From assembly GCA_050613775.1 (NCBI GenBank), contig JBODTK010000158.1:186001-250000 (forward strand): 64,000 nt of DNA. The letters run 5' to 3'. The notes beneath the pieces are model-generated. The model was not told the DNA's origin. It saw only the letters and a list, made by a program, of their open reading frames with translations, and ran no database searches. A program made the position numbers and the translations under genes. Within the stretch, counting starts at the first letter, position 1. Each line of letters starts with the position of its first letter. Of the stretch, positions 1-17,236 are shown piece by piece. Source of the DNA: Neocallimastix sp. 'constans'. Lineage: Eukaryota.

Positions 1-965
1 TGAAGTTATGCCTTCTATTGGAACACTAATTAAAAAGTTTATAAATATAACAAATGATCTTGTATATTTTGCTGTACGAAGAGTTTGTAAACGAGTAAGA
101 AGAAGTAAAAAGATATTAACAAGATATGGCTGTAATGATTTCCTAATTTAATGGATATATATAATTTTGATAAATGAATATAATTGAAAAAGTAATACAT
201 ATATATTAATTAACATTAGATATAAATTAAATAAATAATGCTATATATGTATATATGTAATATATGTAATATATGTATATTTAATTATTTATTTACATTG
301 GAATATAAAGGAAGATATTAGTCAAGAGTTCAAATCCATATTGATCATTTAATTTGGATGCAATTAAATTTTGGAATACACCAAGGAAATTTGGAACTTG
401 GTTGTTAGCAACAATATTAGCTGAACCCTTTTCTAGATAGGTCTTCAGAAGTCTAACAATAGCAGGAATATTACCTTATGTTTTATTAATTTAAAACAAA
501 AACAAATATAATAAAGTAAACAAATAAACAAAAAAAAAAAAAAATAAATAAAAATAAAAAATAAAAAAAATAAAAAAAATAATATATATATATATCATTA
601 ATAAAAATTATTAATTAAAATTTTTAAATATATTATTAACGATAAATCATTTTAATATTATAAACAATAATCGAATTTATATATATATATATATATTTAT
701 TCTACGTACCACGATTTTCCCAAAGTTCAGATGGCTTTAATAGTGTTGGTAGCATATTTTGATATGCTTCTGGTACAATATTATCATTATGGAACTTTAA
801 CATTTCACCAAGTATTTGGAAAACATATGGTAGGAACTCTGAAACATCTCTTCTGATAATTTCCTGGAAATGTGGGAACAAGAACTGTTCAAATTGCTGA
901 ACTGAAGCTGGATTGCTTGTGCATGTATATCTAAGATCAATTATTATTATTAATATTATTATTAA

Positions 966-999
<34 letters not shown>

Positions 1000-2379
1000 A
1001 TTATTATAATTATTATTATCATTAATTATGATTTTGGTTTAAATTATATTATATAATTAATTAGTTTAATTTATCTACCTAATTAAAGCACCCATTGATT
1101 CGAATGCAAAATGATTGAACTTTGGATTACTTGGATTAACACTAATTGTTCCAATAATATTAGTTAACTTTGATAATATTTCATCGATATATGGAACAAT
1201 ATCATTATGACTTGTAACAATAACTCTAGTTATAGCTTTTTTTTATTTTTATTTTTATTTTTAAATCGATTATTTAATATAATTTTTATTGATAACATTT
1301 ATAAAAAATAATAATAATAATAATAATAATAAATAATTAAAAGATAAAAATAAAATGTATATTAATAACATTAAAAAAAAAAAATCCAATTATTTCAACT
1401 ATAATTATTATATTTTTCCTTTATAATATATTACTTTTCATAATATAATCATTTTCAGATAATTTGGCAGAATTTTGACCATTCTTTTCTAATAAACTAA
1501 ATAAACTAATTAATAATGTTTGAACAAATTCACGAATATCTTCCTGACCATATCTTTAAATATTATCAAGTTATATAAAGTTAATAAATAAGCATAGCTT
1601 TTTCGATAAATAATTATTGATATATATATATATATAACGTTACAATAGTTTTGCTCCTTGCTTAATGGATAAAATATTAGTAATACAAATAGCAGAATAA
1701 GTATAAACTAAGTAATTATCTGATGATAAATGATTAACAATAATTGGGAAAATTTCTTTAAATCTATCCTTTGATTGTAAAAACTAAAAACAAAAAAAAG
1801 AAAAAAAAATAATAAAAAAGATAAAATAAAATAAAATAAAATTAATAAAAATTAATAAAAATTAATAAAAATTAATAAAAATTAATAAAAATGAAAATAA
1901 TAATGATATAATTATAATATAATTATATTATAAATTTTAAAAACAAATTAATATTTATTATTTAAATAATTTTATAACATTTATTAAAATTTATTACTTG
2001 ATTTCTGAAAGTTAATAAATATTTTAAAGCATCAACTTTGATTATTGGATGAACACTTCCATTAACTGGAGCTCTTAAATCTGGTAAAATATTTTCATTA
2101 AAAACATTCATTATTGGAATATATTCATTGACTTTAGTAGCACCAAACTAATATTAAATAGATTAAATTTTAAATAATATGAATATCAATATTTCCTATA
2201 TAATAATAATAATTAAAATGTATTAATATAAAGTATTATTTATTTTTTACTTGTGAAGCTAAATTTTTGGCTGATAATGAAATAATTAAATATAAAGCAG
2301 TATCTTTGGCTTTCCAATTTTGTTCAGGATTGGTATTATAATTCTATATATACATATATATTATTAAAATTATTAATTT

Positions 2380-2420
<41 letters not shown>

Positions 2421-5023
2421 TAAATTTTTTTAGTTTCAATTAAATAAAATCTTACTTGAAGACACATAGTAACATAATTTGAGAAAATTTCTGTAACTTC
2501 TTTTTCAAAATGTTCTAATAAACCACGAATCAAATCGGAAGATGATCTTCTTCTAGTTTCAGAATCTAATATTTAAAAATAAAGATATTACTGGATAAAT
2601 TCTATAATTTTAATTACAAATTTTAATATAAAATATGTATATACCAGATCCTTCTAAATCTCTACGAATATACTCAATTGGATCATCTTCAAAAAGTTCT
2701 TCATCAGATTCTGTTATATTATTTTATATATATTATTTAATTAATATTAATAAATATAAATGAATAAATCTAATATATATAAATATATACCTCTTAAAGT
2801 CATATTTGGTAAGATAATCTTTTCACATATATTCTTCAAAATTTCAGGACTTTGGAATAACTCTTTATGCCTAACAGGTTTAACAACAGAAGATAAAAAG
2901 CCAATCGCCTTACTGACCAACTAATTTATAAAATTTAAAATTTATTAATTTTTCTATTATAATATAAAAAATACAAATAATTTAATGTATGAATATAAAT
3001 GTAAAAAATATTACTAAATCATATTTTGGTTCCAAACCATAATGAGTTAATAATTCCCAAATAGTTTGAATAAATTCTGGTAATTTTGGGAAAACTTCCT
3101 CATAACGTTTAGCATATAAATCAATAATTTCACATATAGATGTTTTTGTTTTCTCAATAATTCCTGTTTCTTCTTCATCCTTTTATAGCAAATATATTTA
3201 ATTATATATATATATATATATATTATAAAATTAATTATTATGTATTAAATTATTTGATTTAATTGTATATTTTTTTATTTTTTTATAAAAAATAATATTT
3301 ATATAATAAAATATATATATATATATATATATATTACTTCTGTTTCTAAGAGAGGATTAAAATAAACCAAATACTTATGAAGTAAAGTCATAAATTCTTC
3401 TTGATGATCTTCGAAAAATTCAGGTATATCTTGACAATTTAAACTATAGAAGATTTTCGTAATAGTAAACATAGCTTGGAATAAAATTTCTAAAGCTTCT
3501 TTATTGTTATTATTTGCATCTATTAAAGCATCCGTTGCCTATAATTTTAGTTAAATTATTTCACCAAATTCAGTAATGCATTATTTTTATATTATTGAGT
3601 TTGTAATTTTTATTTATTAAAATTTTTTTAATTTAATATTAAACAATTATATGAAATTTTCAATAAATACCTTAAAGAATTCTAAATATGGTTGGGAGAA
3701 ATGTTCTAATACAAGTTTAATTTCAGAAAAAAGTTCATTTGAACGAAATTGAGATCTCCATCTATAAATTATCAATATTATTTTATTTAAAAATAATTTA
3801 GATGTTTAGTATATATAAAAGTATATATTTTAAATATATGTAATTAATTGCTTTATTTTATTAACCTCTTAAATATTAAATGTGCTGTTTCTAAAATACC
3901 ATTGTTTTTTCTATAATCATCACATAAATTAGCAACTAATTCCTATCATTTAGAAAATTATTATAATATTAATATTTTAAAATTCCAATACAAAGGTATA
4001 TATATATTGTAAAAAGTACTTGAATTAAAGTTGGCCATTTTTGAGGAAAATCATTATCAGCAATAATTAATATAGCTTCATTTAGTTGACGTTGAAGTTT
4101 GACTGGAACATTGATCATAAGATTGATTATACCCTCCTTTATTCTCACACGATCTGTTTCTGGTAAATAATCTGGTTCACCTTCAATCTTTTTTTTTTAA
4201 TGATATTTATTATGAATTAAATACATATTAAATTTTATTATCTTTACTATTATTAATATTTTTATATTACTTGAGGCCAACGCTTTTTCATAAAATTCTT
4301 AAAATAAATTGCAGCTGAAAAACGTGTTGGTTCAGGTATTGATTGGTCAGCAATAATTTCTAGTACTATAATTGAGAAATTTTGACATTTCTCCATAGCT
4401 AATAAAGATTTCTCAACTTCTTTTAATTCATCTTGTTTAAAAATAATTAATATAGAAATAAATTATTAAATTTGTGAATTAAGAGTAATAAATTTAATAT
4501 TAATACTAATATTGTAAAATAAATATACATTTATATATATATATTTTTTTTAAAATCTTTTATGATGATTCATCCATGCTTTAAAATAATGGTTATTTCA
4601 TCAAATATATATTTCAATATTGAAAAATAAATTATTTAATATTACTCTAATTAATATTATTAATATTATTATACTTTTTTGATACAATATTTTATAAGTA
4701 TAATTTTTCTTTATATAAATTTTATAAAAATAAATTTATTTATTAAATATTTTAAAGTTATTGATAATAATATCTAACATAAATTTTATTAATTTGAAAC
4801 TTTATTTTTTTCTTCATATTATTGATTTAAATTATTCAATATAGTATATATTAAAAACTATTCAGATTATTGAAAAGTCTTTTATGTTAATTTAATTGTG
4901 TGTTGGATTATGTGATTATATATTGTCTTAGATTAAATATAACTTTTATAAATTCAAACCTTTATTAAAGCAAGAAACTTCTTTTGTAAATAAATCAATT
5001 AATGTAGCTTTATCAGAATTCAT
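1..5023 (-). CDS. CSE1: Exportin-2 / CSE1 (importin-alpha export receptor), about 18 exons in the window, 3' end beyond the left edge
   Basis: Spliced by hand. Exon 1 (4960-5023, MNSDKATLIDLFTKEVSCFNK) joins in phase to exon 2 (4271-4431, DELKEVEKSLLAMEKCQNFSIIVLEIIADQSIPEPTRFSAAIYFKNFMKKRWPQ), an importin-beta N-terminal domain. Later exons give CSE1-type motifs: LNCQDIPEFFEDH, ELFEDDPIEYIRRDLEG, NPSNPKFNHFAFES, DVSEFLPYVFQI. GT-AG boundaries where checked. Confidence 0.95.
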
Positions 5024-5700
5024 TTTAAAATATTTAATACATATGTTAAAATATTAAAAGTTCTGTTGTAATTATTTGAAATATACTAATTATTCAATGT
5101 TCTTCTAAACTATTTAACAGACTTTTAAATATAAAATATATTATTTAATGTTTAGGAGATCTGAAGATAAAAGAAAAAAAAAAGGAGAATTTATTATTAT
5201 TATTATTATTATTATTTTGGCTGTTTGTTATTTCATTCGTTATACTTTAAGTTATGAATTAAAAAGATAAAAAAAAATAATAATAATAATTTAAAGAAAA
5301 AAAAATTATAAAAAATTAATCTAAAATATATATAAATGTAAATTTTTGTTAATTTTATTTAAAAATATGATATCAATAATAATTATGATGTATGATCCTT
5401 AAAATGTAAATTATTGGTTAAAAAAAATTAAAATATAAATCAATATAATAAATAATATGAATTATAATTTAATTTTATATAAATAATTATCCTTATTTGT
5501 TTAATCGACTACTAAATGAACTTTAATATTCAAGTATATAAATTGGTGAAGAGGAGATAACTCAACATATTGGTGTTCATCAAATACAATTTTAACTTCC
5601 TCTTATTATTACTGAATAATTTTCATAAAATTCGTTATAATTTTCAACATTATTTCCTTTTTAAAGATTAATTTAATTAATAACCTTTTTTATTTTTTTA

Positions 5701-5731
<31 letters not shown>

Positions 5732-6148
5732 AAATAGTGAATCAAAAGTTAAAAATCATAATATAAAATGAACAAATAAATATACAAAATATTAACAAAA
5801 TTTTAAAATATTTTTATAAAATTATTAAAATAAAAATTCAAAATTTCTTGTTATATTATTAACTATATAATATTAAATAGATAGATCTTAATATATATAA
5901 AAATGTATTATTGATTGTATTTTACAGTTTTTTTTATTTATTTATTTATTTATTCATCAATTCAATAAATTTTTGTTTTAATATCACTATCAAAAAGAAA
6001 TAAATTTATATTAATTAATATAATAGATAAATTTGAATTTGTAAAATTAATAGATATTTTTTTTTTATAAATTATAATAAATAATTATAAAAAATAAATA
6101 ATAATATTCATAATTATATTTAAAAAAAAAAATATATATATATATATA

Positions 6149-7342
6149 CTCCAGAAATAATATATATATAAACAGTATAGTTTTTAGCATATATATAGCA
6201 TAAAACCCTATTGATTATTAATAATTTGGAGCCTATATTAATTGATGATAAAAACAGCTATGATTATATATAAACCATATATGTTTGAATGTTTAATAAA
6301 CCATATGAGATTTTAATTAACAATATAGCTGTTATGTTTATATAAACCATATAGTTTTATCGTTATTATTAGCAATATATGCATATGTTTAATTAATTAA
6401 CAACATAGCTTTTTTGAATATTAATAATAATATAAACATATATTGCTAATATATGTATATTTATGCTATGTTTATGCTAAAACTATGCATATATATGATT
6501 ATGTTTTTTATTTTTATTTTATTTTATTTTTTGTTTTATTTTTTGATGATTTTGGGTGTGTTTTTAGTATAGTTTTAGCATCAAACTCCTATGTTGTTCA
6601 TTAATATATATGTTCCAGAATGTTGATATATTGTATTTGTCAAATTTATGCATTTTATTCAAAATAGTATCAACTTAAACAACTATGTTTATATGTATTT
6701 TTGATGAACATTGATGCTAAATGACATACATACAAATACAATCAAACAACCCATATTGTTTATATATTAATATATATATAATTGATAATAGTTGTTTCGA
6801 TTTTGAATGCCTTGAACGATATAGCTATGATTGTATATGTTTAACGATATATGTTTGCAATGTTTGATTGATAAAATATAGCTGTTTTGTATCAAAAAGG
6901 CATTCAAAATCAGCATATTGCAATATTGTTCATATATTAATAATAATAATAATAATTTATATAAAATATTAGAATTTATTGTTATATTTAATATATATGA
7001 ACAATATAGGTTAGTTATGCAAAACCTAGCTAGTTGAACAACATATGGGTTTGATTGATCAACATGGTCAAATATATGCTCATATATCCTCAAACTAACT
7101 AGGTTTGCAAATGCTAAAAACACTATCATTTATATTAATTCATGGCTGTTTTATTGTTCATTAAAATTCTGGAACCGGTATAAATGAATAAACAACATAG
7201 CTGTGTTATTCAATATTAACAATATATGCATATATGTTCAATATATATCGATATAGCTATATAGTTTATATAAACATATAGGGTTTTATTGTTCAATTAT
7301 ATTAAAACTATGCTATATTGTTTTTTTATTTAAGGCTCCAGA
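6149..7342. repeat. Degenerate, quasi-periodic non-coding island with inverted repeats
   Basis: Recurring AAAC-N6/7-GTTT-like palindromic units. GGYTCCAGA-like motif five times (about 6147, 6227 rc, 6612, 7166 rc, 7333). Perfect inverted repeats at 6799-6813/6897-6911, 6612-6621/7166-7175 and 6201-6210/7279-7288. Confidence 0.6.
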
Positions 7343-7931
7343 TTTAAAACTACTTATATTCATTTTTTATACATAATTATAGTTTTCATGACTATAATTA
7401 TATATTGAAAAAATTATAAATTTCTTGAGATACTATTAAAAACTTTTCAGTTGTGAATTATTGATATATCAAATATTAATTAATTGCTTTAATAAAATAT
7501 TCAAACTATATTTATTAGTATAAAAAAAATTTATTAATTTTTGTATATTGATGGATAAATTATGCTTAATATTCGTGTTATTTAATGCAATATTTTTTTT
7601 GAAATACAATATTAGTAACATATTATATTCATAAATAAATAAATATGTAATGATGTAACCCATCTATGGGATAATTAATAAAGGGTTACATTCTGTATTA
7701 TTTAAAGCAATACTATAATTCATATTATGTTTATAAAAAAATAATTTCCATTAATCAAATACATGAATTATTAATTCTATTATTTAACAGTAGAAAAAGT
7801 TACAATACCTTTTACTATTAAACAAATATATTTTTTACATATCATAATAATCTAATATTAAAGAAATAGAAGAAAAAAAAAAAAAATATATATATATATA
7901 TATCCATAATAATTAATATTTTTTTTCTTCC

Positions 7932-8200
<269 letters not shown>

Positions 8201-8871
8201 GATTATTCCCGTTTTTTTACAGTTTATGAGCTTAATGAATTAAATGATTCAATAACATGAAATATTTGTTATATTTAGAAGTTTAATTGTTTAATTCATA
8301 CTTGTAAATAATTATAAATATTGGTCATCTATCTGATATTTTTGACGTATTATACATTACATAGATATTAATCAAATTGCAAATTCTGTAATATTTAAAC
8401 ACATATATAGCATAAAGAAATAAAAAAATAAAAAGTATATACTATATAGATATTGAATATTGTTTTTATTATAGCAAAAAAGTGGTAAATTACACTATGA
8501 TATTTATATTACTTGGTCTATTTTCATTCACTGTTGAAAAAGCTTTCGTATAATAATTATTTTTAATTATTTAAAAGTCACACAAAACTTTAAAACTATA
8601 TTTTATATTAGAAATTATATAATTTATAGTTTTAATATTATGAATATTTTTAATTAATTAATTAAACAATCTATATTTGAATATGAATAACCTTTATTTT
8701 GATTATTAAAAAAATATATATATAATTTTCTAATAGTTTGCTATTAAAAAGATTAATTAATTTGATATATTAAACAATTTTAATATTAATATTTTTATAA
8801 CAAAAACAAAATACAAAAAATCAAAAAATAAATATATATATTATATATTTTTTGATTTTTAAACATTTTTC

Positions 8872-8913
<42 letters not shown>

Positions 8914-10809
8914 AAATAAATAAATAAATAAATAAAATATTTATAATAAAAATAGATGCATATATAATATTTAATATATTTATTTTTATTTTTATTTTTG
9001 TTTTTGTTTTCTTTAGATTTAATTTTATAAAGTTTTATTTTATTTCAGAATATTTTCAAATAATTATATTATTAAAAAAAATATTTTTTGCGAAATAATA
9101 AATATTTACTATACAATATTAAAATAAAATCTCAGTTAATGTAGAAATTTTATCAAAATATATATTTACATAAATTTTAATAAAAAAAAAAACATTTATG
9201 TAAAATTTGAACTTACATTTTCAGAAGTAAAAATTTTCAACCACGTTTAGCATTATACTGTTACACATAGAAAAAATATACCTTTTTTTTTTTATAAAAT
9301 TGTTAATAATTTTTAATCATAATGAATAACTTATAGCATGTGATTTATTTATTTTTTTATTTAAAATTATAATATTGTATGTATTAATTAACATTTATTT
9401 GTTTTTTTAATTAAAATTTTTAATTTATTAAACTGTTTATTTATATAAATGAATATTAATTTTATATTGGAAAATATATAATTTAAATATTCAAATATAT
9501 TATTAATATAATATAATGAATTGTCGGATGTCAGATAGAAAAAAAGGTGATTTTTTTTTTTTAATGTAAAAATAAAATTATATATACATATATAAAATGG
9601 TTAATTTTTTGTTGGTAGTTAAGATTAATATCGCCAATACTATTAATTTTATTTAAAATTAATTATCAAATAATGAAACATTCAAATCATTTTTTTTTTA
9701 ATAATTAAATATATTATAATATATATTAATAATATAAAAAATAAAAATAGACATTTAAAAAATTTTTGTTTTTTTAATTTATAATATACAATATAAATAA
9801 AAGTAGATAAAACTTAATTTCAAAGTTTAGAATCCATATGAAATTTTTTTATAAAAATTAGATTTAAAATTTTTTTGTTAAATAAATATCATGATATTAT
9901 CTTATGAATATATTACATATTACTATGTAAATTTTATATATATAAAACAAGTAATAAAAACATAAATTTTATACACATAAAAAATTATAAATGTCATCCA
10001 ATAGTTTAAATCATTTTTTTATTATAATGATTATAAATAATTATAATAATAAAAATAATAAATTTATATTATAACTGATGATATTCTTTTTATTAATTAT
10101 TTATATGTAATATTGGTTTTATAAGTTCTGGTGTTTTTTCTCTCGACTAATATTTTGAGGTTGCCTTTGCTGTTCCTGTTCTTGTTCTTGTTGCATATTA
10201 TTATCATTTAAATTTTACCTTTTATATATATATTATTATCACTTTATTTATATATATATATATTTATTTATTCATTCATTCATTAATATTTAATCTTTTA
10301 TAGTTATAAATTTTATTCATTTGAATATATTAATGTTAAGCTTTATTATACATTAATTAATAGGAAAAATCATTGGTTGAATTTTAATTTATTATTTATT
10401 ATTCAACAAAATATTATATATAAATAATATAAACTTTAAAATGTATAGTGTAATATACTTTAATATATATGAATCTAAATTTTGGTTTATTTTATAATAA
10501 TGGAATGATATATTAAAACCAATTCTGTAAAAAAAAATATTAAAATTCTTATTTTGAATATTATATTAATATATACAATTATTGCCACAATATGTAATAT
10601 TTATTATATATTATAAAAAAGTTAAACTTATAAGATAATTTCGCTTGACTAATACATTTTTTAATAAATTCAAAATAATATATATTTAATATAAATAAAC
10701 AATATTATTTATTATATATTATTAAATTATGATATATAAATAATATATTTTTAATTAAAGTCTTTATTAAATAAAATTTTTTATTAATATTTTTTTTTTT
10801 TTTTTATTT

Positions 10810-10843
<34 letters not shown>

Positions 10844-11208
10844 GAAAATTTAAAATAAAAAAGATAGTAATATATATATCAATAATAAAGATATTAAAAA
10901 TAGAAATAATGATAATTTCATGAGAAAAAGTTCAATAAAAGAAAAATAATAATTTAAATAAATGTTAATAATACAATTTAATCACTATAAATTCATTTTT
11001 TATAAATAATAAAAAAGTGATATTAATATAAACATACGTTATTAAATATCACTTTTTTATTAAAAAAAAGTAAAAATTTATATTAAATCAAATATATAAA
11101 TACGAACTAAAAAATAAAAAATTTATATTAAATCAACAATATAAATATCAATAATTTTATTGAAATGAATTTTGTATAGTATATTATTTGAGAAGAAGAA
11201 AAGAAAAG

Positions 11209-11241
<33 letters not shown>

Positions 11242-11858
11242 CTAACTACTTTATATTCTTAATATAAAATTTTTATTCAATATCGATATAAAATATTTTA
11301 TAATATTTAAAAATTAATTAAAAAATATTTTTATTATTATATATTTAAAAGATATTACTAAGGAATTAATACATTACTTTTTTTTTTTAAAAAAAAAAAA
11401 AAAAAATCCTATTAAAAAAACTGTTATAAACACTTAATAATAAAATTTTGGTCAAATAGTATTTTTATATATATTCTTTTATATTTTTATGCTATAAATA
11501 TAATCAATTAATCGCATATGCAAATTCTATCAAATAATATTTTTATATATATATTTTTATATTTATATTATATAAATATAATCATTTATTAGCATACGCA
11601 AATTCTACAATTTAAAAGTAATTAAATTCTTAAAAACTTTATATTTTCCTAAATCAGTATTTTATATATAACATAAAATATATAATTTTATTTTATTAAA
11701 ATTTGAAGTACATATTAATCGAAATATATAGCGTAAAATATAATTAAAAGATAAAAAGAGAAAGAAAAAATAAAATAAAAAATTTAAATTATTATTATTA
11801 TTATTATTATAAATCTTTATTTATAGTTTATATTTTTTTAAATAATAAAATTAAAAAA

Positions 11859-13331
11859 ATGACACAACCTCCTATTACACAATCAGAAAAAACAATTTAT
11901 TCTTCGGTAGTTAAAGAACCGGAGGAACACAATGTTGAATTTGATAATTCAAGTATTATTGTTGAAATTAATGATAGAGAAGAAGAAATTATTGATACTG
12001 AAAATTCTAATTTATCAAAAGAAAAAAGTAATGATAGTATTCTTGATATCGATCATCAAACTAATGTGTTAAATGATGTATTAAATCTCAAAAAGAAATA
12101 TAATTTACATCAAAATCGTATGTCAATTGCAACTAGTGGTGATTTAACGTATGTTGACGTTAATCAAACGCAAAATCCTGTTGATAATGAAACTGAAAAT
12201 GAAGATATTTCAAATAAATCCGAAAAAAATAATAAAAGTTTAAAAAGATTAACCGATATTACATCTGTTCCACCACTATTTAATAATATTGAAAGTAATG
12301 AAAACAAAAATAATCAAGAAGATAAAGAAGAAGCAGATATTACAAATAATGAACATAAGATTACTATGAAAGAATATGAAGATAATACTTGTGCCATATG
12401 TCTTATTGAAACTAAAAAACCAACAGATATTGAAAATCTCACTACTAATAAAGATGAATCAAATAAAACAATTGTAGCACCGACAAAAGAAGATATTGAT
12501 AATTATGAATGTAAACTTCACTGTATGCATAAATTTCACTATTCATGTATTGCTCAATGGTTAGAAAGAAGTCAAAACTGTCCAATCTGTCGTGTAGAAA
12601 TTAAGCGCTACGAAATTGAAGCTATCGAAAAACGTTTTGATATATCTATTAAATTAAAAGAAGAATCAGAGCAATTTGTTGTTCCTCAATATAATACGAA
12701 TTTCTTTTTTGATCATAACATAACAGAAGAATTAGTAAGAAATTATATGAATGAACATCTTCCTTGGGTCTTGTTTGAACCGTATTTCTATACAAAATTC
12801 TTTTTATTTTTTGTTATGCTTTTTGCCATTGTTGTAACTGGAATTGTACTTGCTATAATCAGTTTTATAACAGGAAAGTTGTATTTTACTACTTATGTAA
12901 TTCTTATTGTATTAATTATAGGATTTATTATCCTTTTATATCGATTAATTGATAGTATAAAGAATAATAAACTAATGGAATTTATGATAGTTCAACCAGC
13001 ATCTTCTAGTGTATACTATGGTTTAGTTTTTATTATTTTATTATTATTATTTGCTAACTTAAACAATTTAATTGGTCAAGAAAAAAAATCACTTTCATTT
13101 GAAGATATTTATCAATATTCTATTATGATTTTCTTCGCATTAACAATATTTTGGAGTTGTATTGAAGTTAAATTTGGTTATTCAATGCTCAAAGAAGACA
13201 ATATACGTAGAACTGATGCTGAAGTTTCACGTAGAAATCAAGAAATTATGAATAGAAATGCTCTTGAAAGGGAAGAATTTGAAAGAGAAAGGGAAGAATT
13301 TGAAAGAAACTTTAGTCATTTGAATGATTAA
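11859..13331 (+). CDS. Intronless membrane-anchored RING-H2 E3 ubiquitin ligase (490 aa)
   Basis: C3H2C3 motif CAIC...CMHKFHYSC...WL...CPICR, followed by about four hydrophobic helices and a charged C-terminal coil. AAAATG start context. Confidence 0.88.
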   Translation: MTQPPITQSEKTIYSSVVKEPEEHNVEFDNSSIIVEINDREEEIIDTENSNLSKEKSNDSILDIDHQTNVLNDVLNLKKKYNLHQNRMSIATSGDLTYVDVNQTQNPVDNETENEDISNKSEKNNKSLKRLTDITSVPPLFNNIESNENKNNQEDKEEADITNNEHKITMKEYEDNTCAICLIETKKPTDIENLTTNKDESNKTIVAPTKEDIDNYECKLHCMHKFHYSCIAQWLERSQNCPICRVEIKRYEIEAIEKRFDISIKLKEESEQFVVPQYNTNFFFDHNITEELVRNYMNEHLPWVLFEPYFYTKFFLFFVMLFAIVVTGIVLAIISFITGKLYFTTYVILIVLIIGFIILLYRLIDSIKNNKLMEFMIVQPASSSVYYGLVFIILLLLFANLNNLIGQEKKSLSFEDIYQYSIMIFFALTIFWSCIEVKFGYSMLKEDNIRRTDAEVSRRNQEIMNRNALEREEFEREREEFERNFSHLND

Positions 13332-13516
13332 GTGGATTATATAAAATAAAAAAAAAATAAATACATAAAAATAAAAAAATAAAAAGTAGTATTAATAATA
13401 TATTACAAAAAAAAAATAATAATACAACAAATATATAAATCCAAATCAAAACAAAATAAAAAAAAAAAAAAAAAAAAACATTAAAGGATGGATTCAAAGA
13501 TCTTAAAAATAACATC

Positions 13517-13547
<31 letters not shown>

Positions 13548-13720
13548 AATAAAATAAACCAAACAAAAATTAAAGATAAAATTATAAAAATTATAAATTT
13601 ATAATTATTAAGATCTTTATTGTTCAATTATATTTATTAATAATAAATATAAATAATAATTATTATTCTATTTTAAATTTATAATAGAAAATTATTATAA
13701 CATTTAACCAAAAAAAAAAA

Positions 13721-13757
<37 letters not shown>

Positions 13758-14130
13758 GAAATGTCATTCGTTTTAAAAAAAAAAATTATAACGCTGTTTT
13801 TAAACTATCTTATAATAAGTCATTATATATAAATACATACATTTATATAAATATATAAATACATTTATTAAAAAAAAAAAAAAATCATAAATACGAATTA
13901 AAGCATCACGCATGAATCAAACTACATATTAATAACTTTTAATTAAATTATTTCATTATTACCATGATTTCATTTAAATAGTTATTCAAAAATAGTTTTT
14001 AAATTATTCAACAAAAGAAACGGAACAAAACAAAAATATAAAAAAAATTAACAGTAAAAATTAAAAAAAAAAAAAAAAAAATAATAATAATAATAAAAAA
14101 GAAAAAAAAAATAGTAGTAAGAAATTACAA

Positions 14131-14194
<64 letters not shown>

Positions 14195-14717
14195 CATTAC
14201 TTTATTATTAACATATTATATTAATTAAATAATATAACTTATTAATATTTCTTTTTATTGTTAGAGTTTTATGTATATATAAATATTATTTATTATTATT
14301 AATATTTTTATTTTTATTTTTATTTTTTTTCTAATTGATATAGAGTCAATATACAAATTAATAAATATTTTCTATAATATTTTTTTTGATAATTTTTATT
14401 ATTTTTATACCATTAATAATTCAATTCAAAAATTTCATTCAATATTTATTTATATCCATATAAGTTATCAATATCATTTTCAATATCATTTTTAATATAT
14501 TTTAAATTTTAATTATTTATTAAATAAAGAATTTCTTAAAAAATAAAATAATATATATACAAAGATTGAGCATTTTTTTTTTTTTTTTTTTTTTTTTAAT
14601 TTTTTTTTTTTTTCTATTTTAATATTATATACATACTTTTTTTATTTATTAGTATTTTTTTTTTGTTTTTTAATTAATCATAATATTTCTTTTTTTTTTT
14701 TTTTGTTTAATTATAAA

Positions 14718-17042
<2,325 letters not shown>

Positions 17043-17236
17043 AAATAATTATTTTATTTATTTTCAACTTTTATATTTATTTATTACATTCACAATCATT
17101 AAAATTTGTTTAGATTTTTAATATTTTTTTTTTTTTTTTTTATTTTAAAAAAATTTTTGATTGTAAAAAATAAATTAAAAAAAGGAAAAAAATCTTTAAA
17201 TTTTTTAAATATTTAAATCTTTAAATTATATATATT

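Noticed and set aside
5490..5660. GC-richer patch upstream of CSE1
   Set aside because: No open frame or recognisable motif found; possibly an unassignable TE remnant.
6767..7129. 120-aa minus-strand ORF
   Set aside because: Non-ATG start and no protein-like features; it lies inside the periodic non-coding island.
6149..7342. Telomerase RNA or other large folded RNA
   Set aside because: No convincing TTAGGG template (only TAAAACCCTA), and the inverted repeats cross rather than nest.
10119..10196. 25-aa minus-strand ORF MQQEQEQEQQRQPQNISREKKHQNL
   Set aside because: Too short and low-complexity to support; possibly a decayed fragment.
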